A stretch of 8,520 bases of DNA from the NCBI RefSeq assembly GCF_006345805.1, contig NW_021828406.1:1-8520 (forward strand), written 5' to 3'. Position numbers and translations under genes: made by a program. Below the pieces are notes generated by a model. It was not told the origin of the DNA and ran no database searches. It saw only the letters and a list, made by a program, of their open reading frames with translations. Positions 1 through 8,077 of the stretch are shown here, piece by piece (position 1 is the stretch's first letter; each line of letters starts with the position of its first letter). Source of the DNA: Octopus sinensis. Lineage: Eukaryota.

Positions 1-240
1 ATATATACATATATATGTATATATATAAGTATGCATATATTTGCATACATACCTCCCCCTCACACACACAAACACACACACATATATATATATATAATTT
101 CAATTACATGAATACCTACACAACAATTATATAAATACATATTTATATATATATGTGTGTGTGCGCGTGTGTGTTTGTATGCATATGTTTATGTATATGC
201 AGATATATACCTATCTGTGTGTTAGTATGTGTGTGTAGGT
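1..240. repeat. Compound degenerate dinucleotide microsatellite (TA/CA/TG)
   Basis: Alternating TA, CA (59-81) and TG/CG (154-176) runs read directly from the sequence. Confidence 0.85.
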
Positions 241-469
241 TTACTTGTATATAATTGCATTATATATATATAAACAGTGATATCTGATCTGTGTTGTTTT
301 ATTGATTTTGTTCCTGATTTGATTTTTATATATCTGAATTATGTTGATTTCTGAATCGAATTACGCAAATCTTTACATACATATATACATTCATATATAA
401 ACACAGTCTTTTACGTATAGATATATCTGTATAAATATCTATGCACACATATATCTAGAAATATACATA

Positions 470-483
470 GACACACACACGTA

Positions 484-558
<75 letters not shown>

Positions 559-560
559 AT
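470..560. repeat. Compound (CA)n-(TA)n-(TG)n microsatellite
   Basis: (TA)n at about 482-524 is followed by pure (TG)n at about 524-554. It is the source of the MCVCVCV ORF at 525. Confidence 0.95.
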
Positions 561-1099
561 TCATGTATATGTACGAATGCACAGGCGCGCGCACGCACAT
601 TTCTACACACTCCGACGTACGTATTTAATATATACAGGTTTGCGTATCAATCCAACAATCTGCTGACGTTTCTTCATCTCTGCTTAAACCTCAACACACT
701 TATAATACACGTATAAGTACGTATGTATATGTGTATATGTTTAATGTGTGTATATCTGTATGTGTACGTATTTCGTATGCGTAATATCTTTGATACGATG
801 TAGTTTCAACATACATATTGATTTCTTTCCCGTCTGCCCATGAAAATAGCATAACTTTGTCCACTTTATTCCATTTATAATAATAAGACTATTTTACTGA
901 ACGTTGTATAGTATGACCTTGATCTGTGTCACTAATAAACATTGTAATTTAAGCAAATATGACACCAAAAGGAAAAAAAATAACGTTTATTTAGGCACAT
1001 ATTGTCTGAGGGAACAGTGCATTACATTGTAGCTGCCTAGCAACATGGGGTCTGTCTATATAGGTACATAGTACCTCCAGTGTTATTAAATTCTGGTTT

Positions 1100-1272
1100 T
1101 ACTTTCTAGATGCCTTTTTTTGTGTATCGATCTTCCTGTCTTCAAATCGTCATTGACCTATCCCCGTCATGTTACCTTCAACAATTCTGCCTCCGCTTTC
1201 CGTTCCGTGTTTCAATATGACGTATGTCTTTCCAGGCACCTCTTGTATTTTCTTAACGTAGCTTCTCGCCAT
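1100..1272 (-). mobile_element. Possible decayed RTE-clade LINE ORF C-terminal fragment
   Basis: The minus strand from 1272 reads MARSYVKKIQEVPGKTYVILKHGTESGGRIVEGNMTGIGQ*RFEDRKID. ILKH...IVEGNMTG (1185-1162) resembles the RTE C-terminal pattern GH-x-x-R...I-x-EG-x-x-x-G-x-R-x-x-GR. The match is short and judged by eye only. Confidence 0.3.
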
Positions 1273-1276
1273 TTCT

Positions 1277-1365
1277 TGATCTTACCGGGATTTGAACTTA
1301 GAAAGTAGTGTCGGGAAAATGGCGCTTTTCCTCTGTCACATAACTAGTTTTGCTAGCTCGCTGCC
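1277..1365 (-). mobile_element. Degenerate tRNA-derived SINE head (5' part only)
   Basis: The minus strand starts GGCAGCGAGCTAGCAAAACTAGTTA, matching the start of the SINE at 2603 (GGCGGCGAGCTGGCAAAATCGTTAG). It has an A-box-like TAGCAAAACTAG (1355-1344) and a B-box GTTCAAATCC (1297-1288). Confidence 0.65.
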
Positions 1366-1375
1366 TTATATTAAG

Positions 1376-1477
1376 AACAACAATTACAATAACAACGACA
1401 ACGACGACGTCGAAACAACAATGACAAAAACAACCACCACCACCACCACAACAACAACAACAACAGCAACAACAATA

Positions 1478-1537
<60 letters not shown>

Positions 1538-1540
1538 TAA
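1376..1540 (+). repeat. Compound trinucleotide tract AAC/GAC/CAC grading into (AAT)18
   Basis: The triplet register is largely kept through the unit changes. Pure (AAT)18 lies at 1483-1536. Confidence 0.95.
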
Positions 1541-2065
1541 CATGGCTTCTGATCTTAGCTGATTGGAAGTGTTATCATGTACATTGTTTTGTCTTGGTAT
1601 AAAAGATGGGCTACAGCAAATATTCTGCTCAATACCACAGATTTGCTTGTCAGTTGTTTGACCGTAACCAGTTGAGCATGTCCCTTAGTGGCTGACGATA
1701 TGTGCATCTCTAATCACGAGCAGAAGTAGTGGGGGAGCATCATAGACATGTGTTGAGAGGGATTCTTTGGGGTTTGAATAGTTCACCTCTGGAAAAATGG
1801 GTGGTTCTTTCAACATCCTTAAACAACCCCTATTCAGGGACCGTATGAGCGGGATGGGCTACTCAGCCTGAAGAAAATTCTAACTGGGCCCCACCTGCAA
1901 GGTCATGTGCTGTTTATCTTGATATGAGATCACCATGTCGCGCACATATGGTTGTGATGCATGTGCCTAGTGTACCTTTATCAGACGGGTAGTCATGATG
2001 GGTATATTGGGCTTCGTATAATTTACCCCAGTGTCACTTTGATGGCATGAACTGCTCTCTCACTC
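1541..2065 (+). mobile_element. Interspersed non-coding ~0.5 kb repeat, copy A (family unassigned, AAT-anchored)
   Basis: Aligns with copy B (about 30 differences over ~292 nt, ~90%) and more loosely with copy C. It is flanked by (AAT)n on both sides and ends CACTC-(AAT)6. No long ORF or tRNA boxes were seen. Confidence 0.85.
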
Positions 2066-2083
2066 AATAATAATAATAATAAT

Positions 2084-2378
2084 CATGTTGAATAATTCAC
2101 CTCTGGAAACATGGGTGTTTCGTTCAACATCCTTAAACAACCCTTATTCAGGGACTTTTGAGCGGGATGTGTTACTCGACCAGAAGAAAATTCTAACTGG
2201 GCCCCACCTGCAAGGTCATGCGCTGTTAATATTGATATGAGATCACCATGTCGAGCACATATGGTTTTGATACATGTGCCTAGTGTACCCTTATCAGACG
2301 GGTAGTCATGATGGATATACTGGGCTTTGTATATTTTATCCCAGTATCACTTTGATGGCTTGCACTGCACTTTCACTC
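2084..2378 (+). mobile_element. Same element, copy B (3' portion only)
   Basis: 2088-2378 aligns to A 1774-2065 with a single 1-nt gap. It ends CACTC-(AAT)n and is preceded by (AAT)6 at 2066-2083. Confidence 0.9.
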
Positions 2379-2422
2379 AATAATAATAATGATAATCATA
2401 ATAATAATGATAATAATAACAA
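2379..2422 (+). repeat. Degenerate (AAT)n tract, 3' flank of copy B and probable tail of the minus-strand SINE
   Basis: AATAATAATAATGATAATCATAATAATAATGATAATAATAACAA read directly. Confidence 0.9.
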
Positions 2423-2603
2423 TGGTTTCAAATGTTGCCACACGGGCAGCAATTTTGAAGGGAGGGGATGAGTCAATTCTATCGACCCTAGCTGGTACTT
2501 ATTCTATTGATTCCGAAAAGAATTTGAACTCAGATGTTGCAGACGGATGGAATGCTGCTAAGCATTAATCACGACGCGCTAACGATTTTGCCAGCTCGCC
2601 GCC
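2423..2603 (-). mobile_element. tRNA-derived SINE, octopus-type, with probable internal deletion
   Basis: The minus strand starts GGCGGCGAGCTGGCAAAATCGTTAG (A-box 2593-2579) and has a B-box GTTCAAATTC (2529-2520). A remnant core CGGAATCAATAGAATAAGTACCAGCTAGGGTCGAT follows, and the 3' end TTTGAAACCA runs into an (ATT)n tail. Its similarity to abundant octopus SINEs and to a Meta-type central domain is recalled, not searched. Confidence 0.8.
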
Positions 2604-2615
2604 TTATCAATAATA

Positions 2616-3084
2616 CGTAGTGGCTTTCATGGCTTTCGATCTTAAATTTTGGAAGGTTTATCACGTACATATTTTGTCGTGGTGTAAAAGATGGGTTACA
2701 GCAAGTATTCTGCTCAATAGCACATATTTGCTTTTCAGTAGCTTCACCTTAACTAATTGACCATGTCACTTAGTGACTGATATCATGGACATCTCTAATC
2801 ACGTGCAGAAACAGTTGCGGAGCATCATAGCCATATGTTGAAAAGAATACTTTGGGGGTTGAAGAATTCACCTCTGGAAAAACGGGTGTTTTATTCATCG
2901 TCCGTAAACGAAATTTATTCAGGGGACTTTTAAGCGGAATGGGCTGCTCTACCTGAAGGTAATTTTAACTGGTCCTCACGTTCAAGGTCATGCCTCGTTT
3001 CTCTTGATATCAGATCATAATGTAGCCTAATCAGACAGGGAGTCATGATAGGTTTATTGGGCTTCGTATGTTTGTACCTTACTC
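2616..3084 (+). mobile_element. Same element, copy C (most diverged, two internal deletions)
   Basis: From CATGGC at 2628 it is colinear with A at roughly 75% identity by eye (e.g. AAAAGATGGG, TATTCTGCTCAATA, TTCACCTCTGGAAAA, CAAGGTCATG). It lacks two segments in the 3' third but still ends ACTC-(AAT)n at 3084. Confidence 0.85.
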
Positions 3085-3187
3085 AATAATAATAATAACA
3101 ATAATACAAAATATATGCAGCAATGACAATTACTATTTTTATTATTATTCTTGTCTGCTGTTTTTATTGTTGTTGTTTGTTATTATT

Positions 3188-3249
<62 letters not shown>

Positions 3250-3287
3250 GTTATTATTTTCATTATTATATTTTATTATTATTATTA

Positions 3288-3350
<63 letters not shown>
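3085..3350. repeat. Short (AAT)n followed by long (ATT)n/(GTT)n tract
   Basis: (AAT)n at 3085-3105, then a polarity switch at about 3107-3128. (ATT)n runs to 3350, with pure (ATT)20 at 3290-3349. This is the source of the poly-I/L/Y/N ORFs. Confidence 0.95.
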
Positions 3351-3351
<1 letters not shown>

Positions 3352-3367
3352 AGCACCCCAATCAAAT

Positions 3368-3736
3368 CTATTGCCCAGTTTTACTAAAGCGAAAAATGTA
3401 TATTGTAACATATTTGTCAATGTTTACGGAAATCTTTTGTGAAACGATGCCAAAACACTTTAAATTGATATAATGGCGTTGCACAGCAAGAAAATAATTC
3501 CTAAAATGGTTTTTCTTCATACAATTCGATATTCTTGGCTCTAGAATTCCTAGTATATTCAGGTTTAAAGCATTTATGTTTACACAATTATTGAAATAAA
3601 AATTCGAAAAATTAAATGAACAATTACGAACTCCACAAGTGAAGAGAGAGAATTTGATTAACGTTTCTTTGCAATTCTTGTTGTCAATTATGTTTAATGT
3701 ATTTTCTCTGTATTCTCTCTGCGTGAAGGATCGCAA
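3368..3736 (-). other. 122-aa ORF with faint similarity to the N-terminus of a LINE apurinic-type endonuclease
   Basis: T-C-G-V-R (3640) and N-I-L-G-I-L-E-P-R (to 3533) mimic the GTWNVR and ILGxxETR motifs at similar spacing. The conserved W and N are absent. Confidence 0.2.
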
Positions 3737-3793
3737 TATGATTGCCTTCTGTTATTCCTCTTACTGTTCAATACGCATTCTTGTATGCATATA

Positions 3794-3910
3794 TGTGCGC
3801 GTGTGTGTGTGTGTGTTTGTGTGTGTGCGCCTCTGCGTATATGTACTTCTGTGTGTGTGTGTATGTGTGTGCCTCTGTGTATGTGTACCTCTGTGTGTGT
3901 GTTGTGTGTG
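3794..3910 (+). repeat. Degenerate (TG)n microsatellite with internal 32-bp duplication
   Basis: TG runs interrupted by GCCTCTGYGTATRTGTACYTCT at 3829 and 3871. Confidence 0.9.
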
Positions 3911-4023
3911 AGCAGTTCTTTACCAATGCCAAAACCAATGGCTAAAACCAGTACGAATGTGTATAAATGTATGCAGGCAAGTGCAGTGTGTATGTGTATA
4001 TATACATATTATATCGGGGGATG

Positions 4024-4048
4024 GAGAGAGAGAGAGTGATATATATAT

Positions 4049-4079
<31 letters not shown>

Positions 4080-4080
4080 T

Positions 4081-4133
<53 letters not shown>

Positions 4134-4134
4134 C

Positions 4135-4215
<81 letters not shown>

Positions 4216-4291
4216 TATCGACAGATCGATAGAGATGTATAGATGCATGTATAAATTCTCACATATATGTATAATATATAATATATATATA

Positions 4292-4324
<33 letters not shown>
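4024..4324 (+). repeat. Compound (GA)n-(TA)n-(AGAT)~40-(TA)n tract
   Basis: AGAT x7 (4051-4078), ATAT, AGAT x12, AGAC, AGAT x20 (to 4214). A long (TA)n follows at 4262-4324. This is the source of the YLSI-repeat ORFs. Confidence 0.97.
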
Positions 4325-5349
4325 GTATGGTATATTTTATAAATTGCATATATAAATATTCGGTGTGCAAACTACATTGTGTTTAGTTAAATTGTAAAGG
4401 CAAACAAATGTAATAATTGTATTATTTGTTTCTTCAATAACACTATTCGTAAAATTAAAGTATGATCTACACTTTTGTACCTCACAAAGGACCTCAAAAG
4501 TATGAAGAGCTCTAACGTATACGTAGTCCCTACCAAACATGCAATAACCTCAGGTGTCACATTCCGTATTGAAAAACAGAAGCCTATACAACGGGCGTTT
4601 TTTTTTCTACTTAGCAACGTTTTATATAATTAAATTTTATTTTCATTAATTTTCAGAAATTAATTTTTTATAAAAATTGTTGAAAATCTTGAAGTGTATC
4701 GCTACTCTTTGTAAAGCTACAGAATTTAAGTGAGTTATGTTCCATTTATGCACGGATTGAAGGTGTGAATGGAAAGAGAGCATAATTTCAACAGCCGTTG
4801 TTAGCACTCGAACACGAATTCACATATACATGAACTCAGATACGTACAGATATGCTTAGTCTTGCATACACATGCTAATCTATATGAAGATAGGCATAAA
4901 TTAAGTCATAAATATTGGATTAGCTTATCTATTTCAAATTATAATTATCATGTAATCTATCCTTCTTACATCTATCATATACTTATCTCCCATAGATTAC
5001 CTCCGGTATCTATCGAGATCATATCGCTCACTAGATATTCATATAATTACTTATACCGTCGCATCTCATTCCTTGATTTCATCAGTAATACCATATTAAA
5101 AGTACATTTTGCTCGAAAACTCACTAAATCCTATTATTTTAACATACAGAATTTTACGAGATTGCTTTTACAGGCCCAACTGAGCTGAAACACAAACTAC
5201 TGACTCTCATATTGCACATACATGCATTTCTTTCGCCCATTATTCCTGCAGAGAGCTGAAATGGGTGTAGAGTCCCCAAGCACTTCCTTCTTAGGTTCGT
5301 AGAAGCAGCCGTCATTAGATTTCCTGGCGGGATCTAATTCAAACTACAA

Positions 5350-5518
5350 ATATTATCCAGACATCTCGTTCTTGGACTACCTTGGTCTCCTGTCTATTAA
5401 CTGTGTTTCAAGGGTGTATTTTGTGATGCTTTTCTGCTATATTCTAGTCCCATGTTTATAGAATAGGTTTCCTCCTAGATTTACACAAAATCGTCTAACA
5501 AGGAATTAAAGAGTATAA
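5350..5518 (-). repeat. 169-bp duplicate of 7909-8077 (fragment of decayed CR1-like RT)
   Basis: Ungapped alignment to 7909-8077 with 13 mismatches (92%). 5405-5479 is identical to 7964-8038. Confidence 0.95.
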
Positions 5519-5855
5519 AGAACACATATCTACATTAAAACCTAGCAGCCTTAAAACCTATATGTGATATTACTGTTAGAAAGTTATAGTCTTGGAGAAT
5601 ATCGTACGTAGTGGAGTAAAATCATTTTTTGCCCGACATACCTTTATATTTTCAATATATTTCATCATTTTATTATTATTTTATTACTATTGCTTTTTAT
5701 GGTTTTGAAATTGTTTACAATCGATCTTTACTACTAAAGTATGAAGCATTGATATTTCTTTAATATTATAACTAATTCTTTGCAATGAATTGTATAGGTG
5801 ACTTCTGCTTCATAGATATGTTTATGTTGCATATAGAGATATATACATTGTTACG

Positions 5856-5888
5856 CACACACACATACACACGCACACACGCACATAC

Positions 5889-5922
<34 letters not shown>

Positions 5923-5946
5923 CGACAGTGTGAGAAAGAGAGAGAC
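5856..5946. repeat. Compound (CA)n-(TA)n-(GA)n microsatellite
   Basis: Read directly from the sequence. Confidence 0.9.
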
Positions 5947-6295
5947 TAACACAGGGAAGGACAGATATTGCTATTTGCTGAGACATGCACATACACCTAC
6001 AGGCATATAGACTTAAACACATACGTTTATTGCGACCATAACACTTCCATCTACAGAGTATTTTGTGGAAATACACGAATTGTTTATAATGAAGGTTAGT
6101 AAAATCGAATATGACACAACACTAAGTGTTTGTAGATAGAGACGTATGACAGACAATATCAAAGAGATTGAGGTACACAAAACGGTTCTAATGGTTTATG
6201 GTATGGACAACCAATAAAATGTGCTACAGGTATTAGTGATCTTCCCACGCAGCAGACACATACGTGTATGTGTATATTAGAGCGAGTGCATTCAT

Positions 6296-6347
6296 ATATG
6301 TTTATTATATATATATATATTTGTATATATGCATATATGTCTATGTA

Positions 6348-6405
<58 letters not shown>

Positions 6406-6547
6406 CATACACACAGGCATCTACTGTTTATATATAGACATACGCACACCTGCACAGATATACACTCATACACACACATATACACGTATACATAGTGGTA
6501 TATTGCCTTTTATGCATGATGTCCCTTTGTGTGTAATATTAATATGC

Positions 6548-6589
<42 letters not shown>

Positions 6590-6630
6590 ATATGCATACA
6601 TATACATATGTGTGTGTGTGTGTGTGTGTA
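6296..6630. repeat. Compound (TA)n/(CT)n/(CA)n/(TG)n microsatellite cluster
   Basis: (CT)n at about 6348-6368 and 6555-6585, (TA)n at about 6368-6401, and (TG)n at about 6609-6628. Confidence 0.9.
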
Positions 6631-7908
6631 AATGGACACTCATACACCCACGTAAATTTCCATCTATATATACCCTGGTGTGAATCTATGCGCGTGTGTG
6701 AGCGGAATAGAGAGAGTAATGTACTCGTAAATATGTAAATGCTTTGCATATCTGCACAATGATACAATATTTACTTGATGATAACTATAAAGGAGAATAC
6801 AGAATGTTTAGTGGGGTGATACTCAACCCCATCATCGCACACACAAGCATATCCTCCACCCCGAAATGTGTATATTTATACCCAGAGATAGTGACGTATA
6901 TAACAATGTATATTTGCATATATACCTAAGGATATAGATACATACGTACATATCTACATTTTGTACACTTCTCTTGAAATAAGGGTAACTGACGCAACGT
7001 CTACGATTTCCATGTAATCCAACGATATAAAGTAATTTTTTCTTGCTGGGAAATTCTTGCGATTCTTGAAGAGTGGAATTGGCCCTGTGCGTTGCTATTC
7101 CTAACTGTAAAAATCTCTGGTCATATGCCTGGAGATTTTCATTGATTGATTTTTAGAATCTCTCCTAAGTTATTATGTCTTCTTGTAGCCGAGAAAGTGA
7201 AAACGTCAAATGAAGAATTTTTTTTGATATAATGAAAGTAAGAGAAAGAGGAGTAGGAAAGCTCTATGAATATCTTCTGCAGGAGGGACCAATTGGTACC
7301 ACTTCTCAGCCAAAGTGTGTAGGTCTCTGGCGTAACTGAAAAAAAACTGTCTGTGCTGCGTATTTTTCAGGGAATAACCACATGACGTCATTGCTCCGTA
7401 TCGAGTTACCGCCGCAAAATTATGCATGAACAAATGTGAAATTTTAATAATAATTTGTAGAAATATGAAGATCAAAAACGTCCTCCACCACCAAATATTC
7501 GGCAACATATATTGGCACATGCTATATACACAATAGCATTACAAATATCATAGTATTTGATAAACTCTTTAAAAAGTTACATTTCCTAATGACGTCCTAT
7601 GCAATACCAATATTGTAATACTAGAATACCTCAAGCCCTCATCATGGACGTGGAACACTCTACAGTGCGATGACGATATGCATGTGAGTATTTGGTGTAA
7701 AAATTCCGGAAAATGAAAACATGATATGTGTTGTTGCCCCCATTGGACTCGCAAATATTACGCTCCGCCATGTCTCGAAATTAATGCTGTTACAATCAAA
7801 GAACAAGAAATGGCTAAAGCATATGTGATGAACACGAGAGTAGCTAAAACACCTATAAACCTTAACACACAATATTGTCTATATCAGACGACTCACTGTC
7901 AGCTATTG

Positions 7909-8077
7909 ATATTATCCAGACATCTCGTTCTTGGACTACGTTGGTCTCCTGCCTGTTAGCTGGGTTTCAAGGGTGTATTTTGTGATGCTTTTCTGCTATA
8001 TTCTAGTCCCATGTTTATAGAATAGGTTTCCTCCTAGACTGAGACAAAATTGTGAAACAGGGAATTAAAGCGTATAA
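7909..8077 (-). repeat. Partner of the 169-bp duplicate at 5350-5518, embedded in the CR1 remnant
   Basis: Offset of 2,559 bp, ungapped, 156/169 identical. Confidence 0.95.

Noticed and set aside
1731-1804. G-quadruplex from four G-runs in copy A
   Set aside because: Two loops exceed 20 nt and the G-runs are not retained in copy C.
1541-2065. Self-cleaving ribozyme (retrozyme hypothesis for the tandem copies)
   Set aside because: CTGACGA (1692) has no stem II followed by GAAA, and minus-strand CTGATAA lacks the conserved G8. No HDV-like or twister fold could be built by eye. A covariance-model search would be needed to exclude it fully.
4580-4615. Helitron-like 3' hairpin plus CTRR end
   Set aside because: The stem is only 3-4 bp and there is no proper CTAG terminus.
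4657-4729. Exon-like segment (TTTTCAG acceptor, AA|GTGAGT donor)
   Set aside because: All three frames contain stops and the DNA is very AT-rich, where such signals are frequent. It could only be a non-coding exon, with no support.
4831-4850. TGAACTCAGATACGTACAGA resembling the SINE B-box region
   Set aside because: The match is too short and the flanks do not continue the SINE alignment.
4862-5188. 108-aa plus-strand ORF
   Set aside because: It is Y/S/I/H-rich from degenerate TATC/CATA low-complexity sequence, with no recognisable motif.
5161-5300. Several acceptor-like sites (5173, 5251, 5294)
   Set aside because: There is no convincing donor (GTTCGT, GTGTAG) and the peptide is unrecognisable.
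5361-5426. The 169-bp duplicate as a tandemly duplicated plus-strand exon (3 of 5 changes synonymous in TSRSWTTLVSCLL...)
   Set aside because: Five changes is too small a sample, the frame stops after 21 codons, the donor is weak, and the minus-strand RT context explains the sequence better.
5535-5560. 10-bp direct repeat TTAAAACCTA spaced by 6 bp
   Set aside because: Short, AT-rich and encloses too little to be a TSD; probably slippage or chance.
6327-6557. Identical 16-mer ATATGCATATATGTCT leading into both (CT)n tracts
   Set aside because: Low-complexity sequence that is expected within degenerate TA/TG repeats.
525-6738. ORFs with poly-I/L/Y/N, CVCV, YLSI, HTHT or SLSL content
   Set aside because: They are translations of microsatellites that lack stop codons in some frames, with no protein-like composition.
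6961-7900. Plus-strand L1/Tx1-type C-terminus or a compact multi-exon gene
   Set aside because: The apparent motifs needed many frame jumps and lacked the cysteines. The minus-strand CR1 reading gives more motifs in the correct order and spacing.
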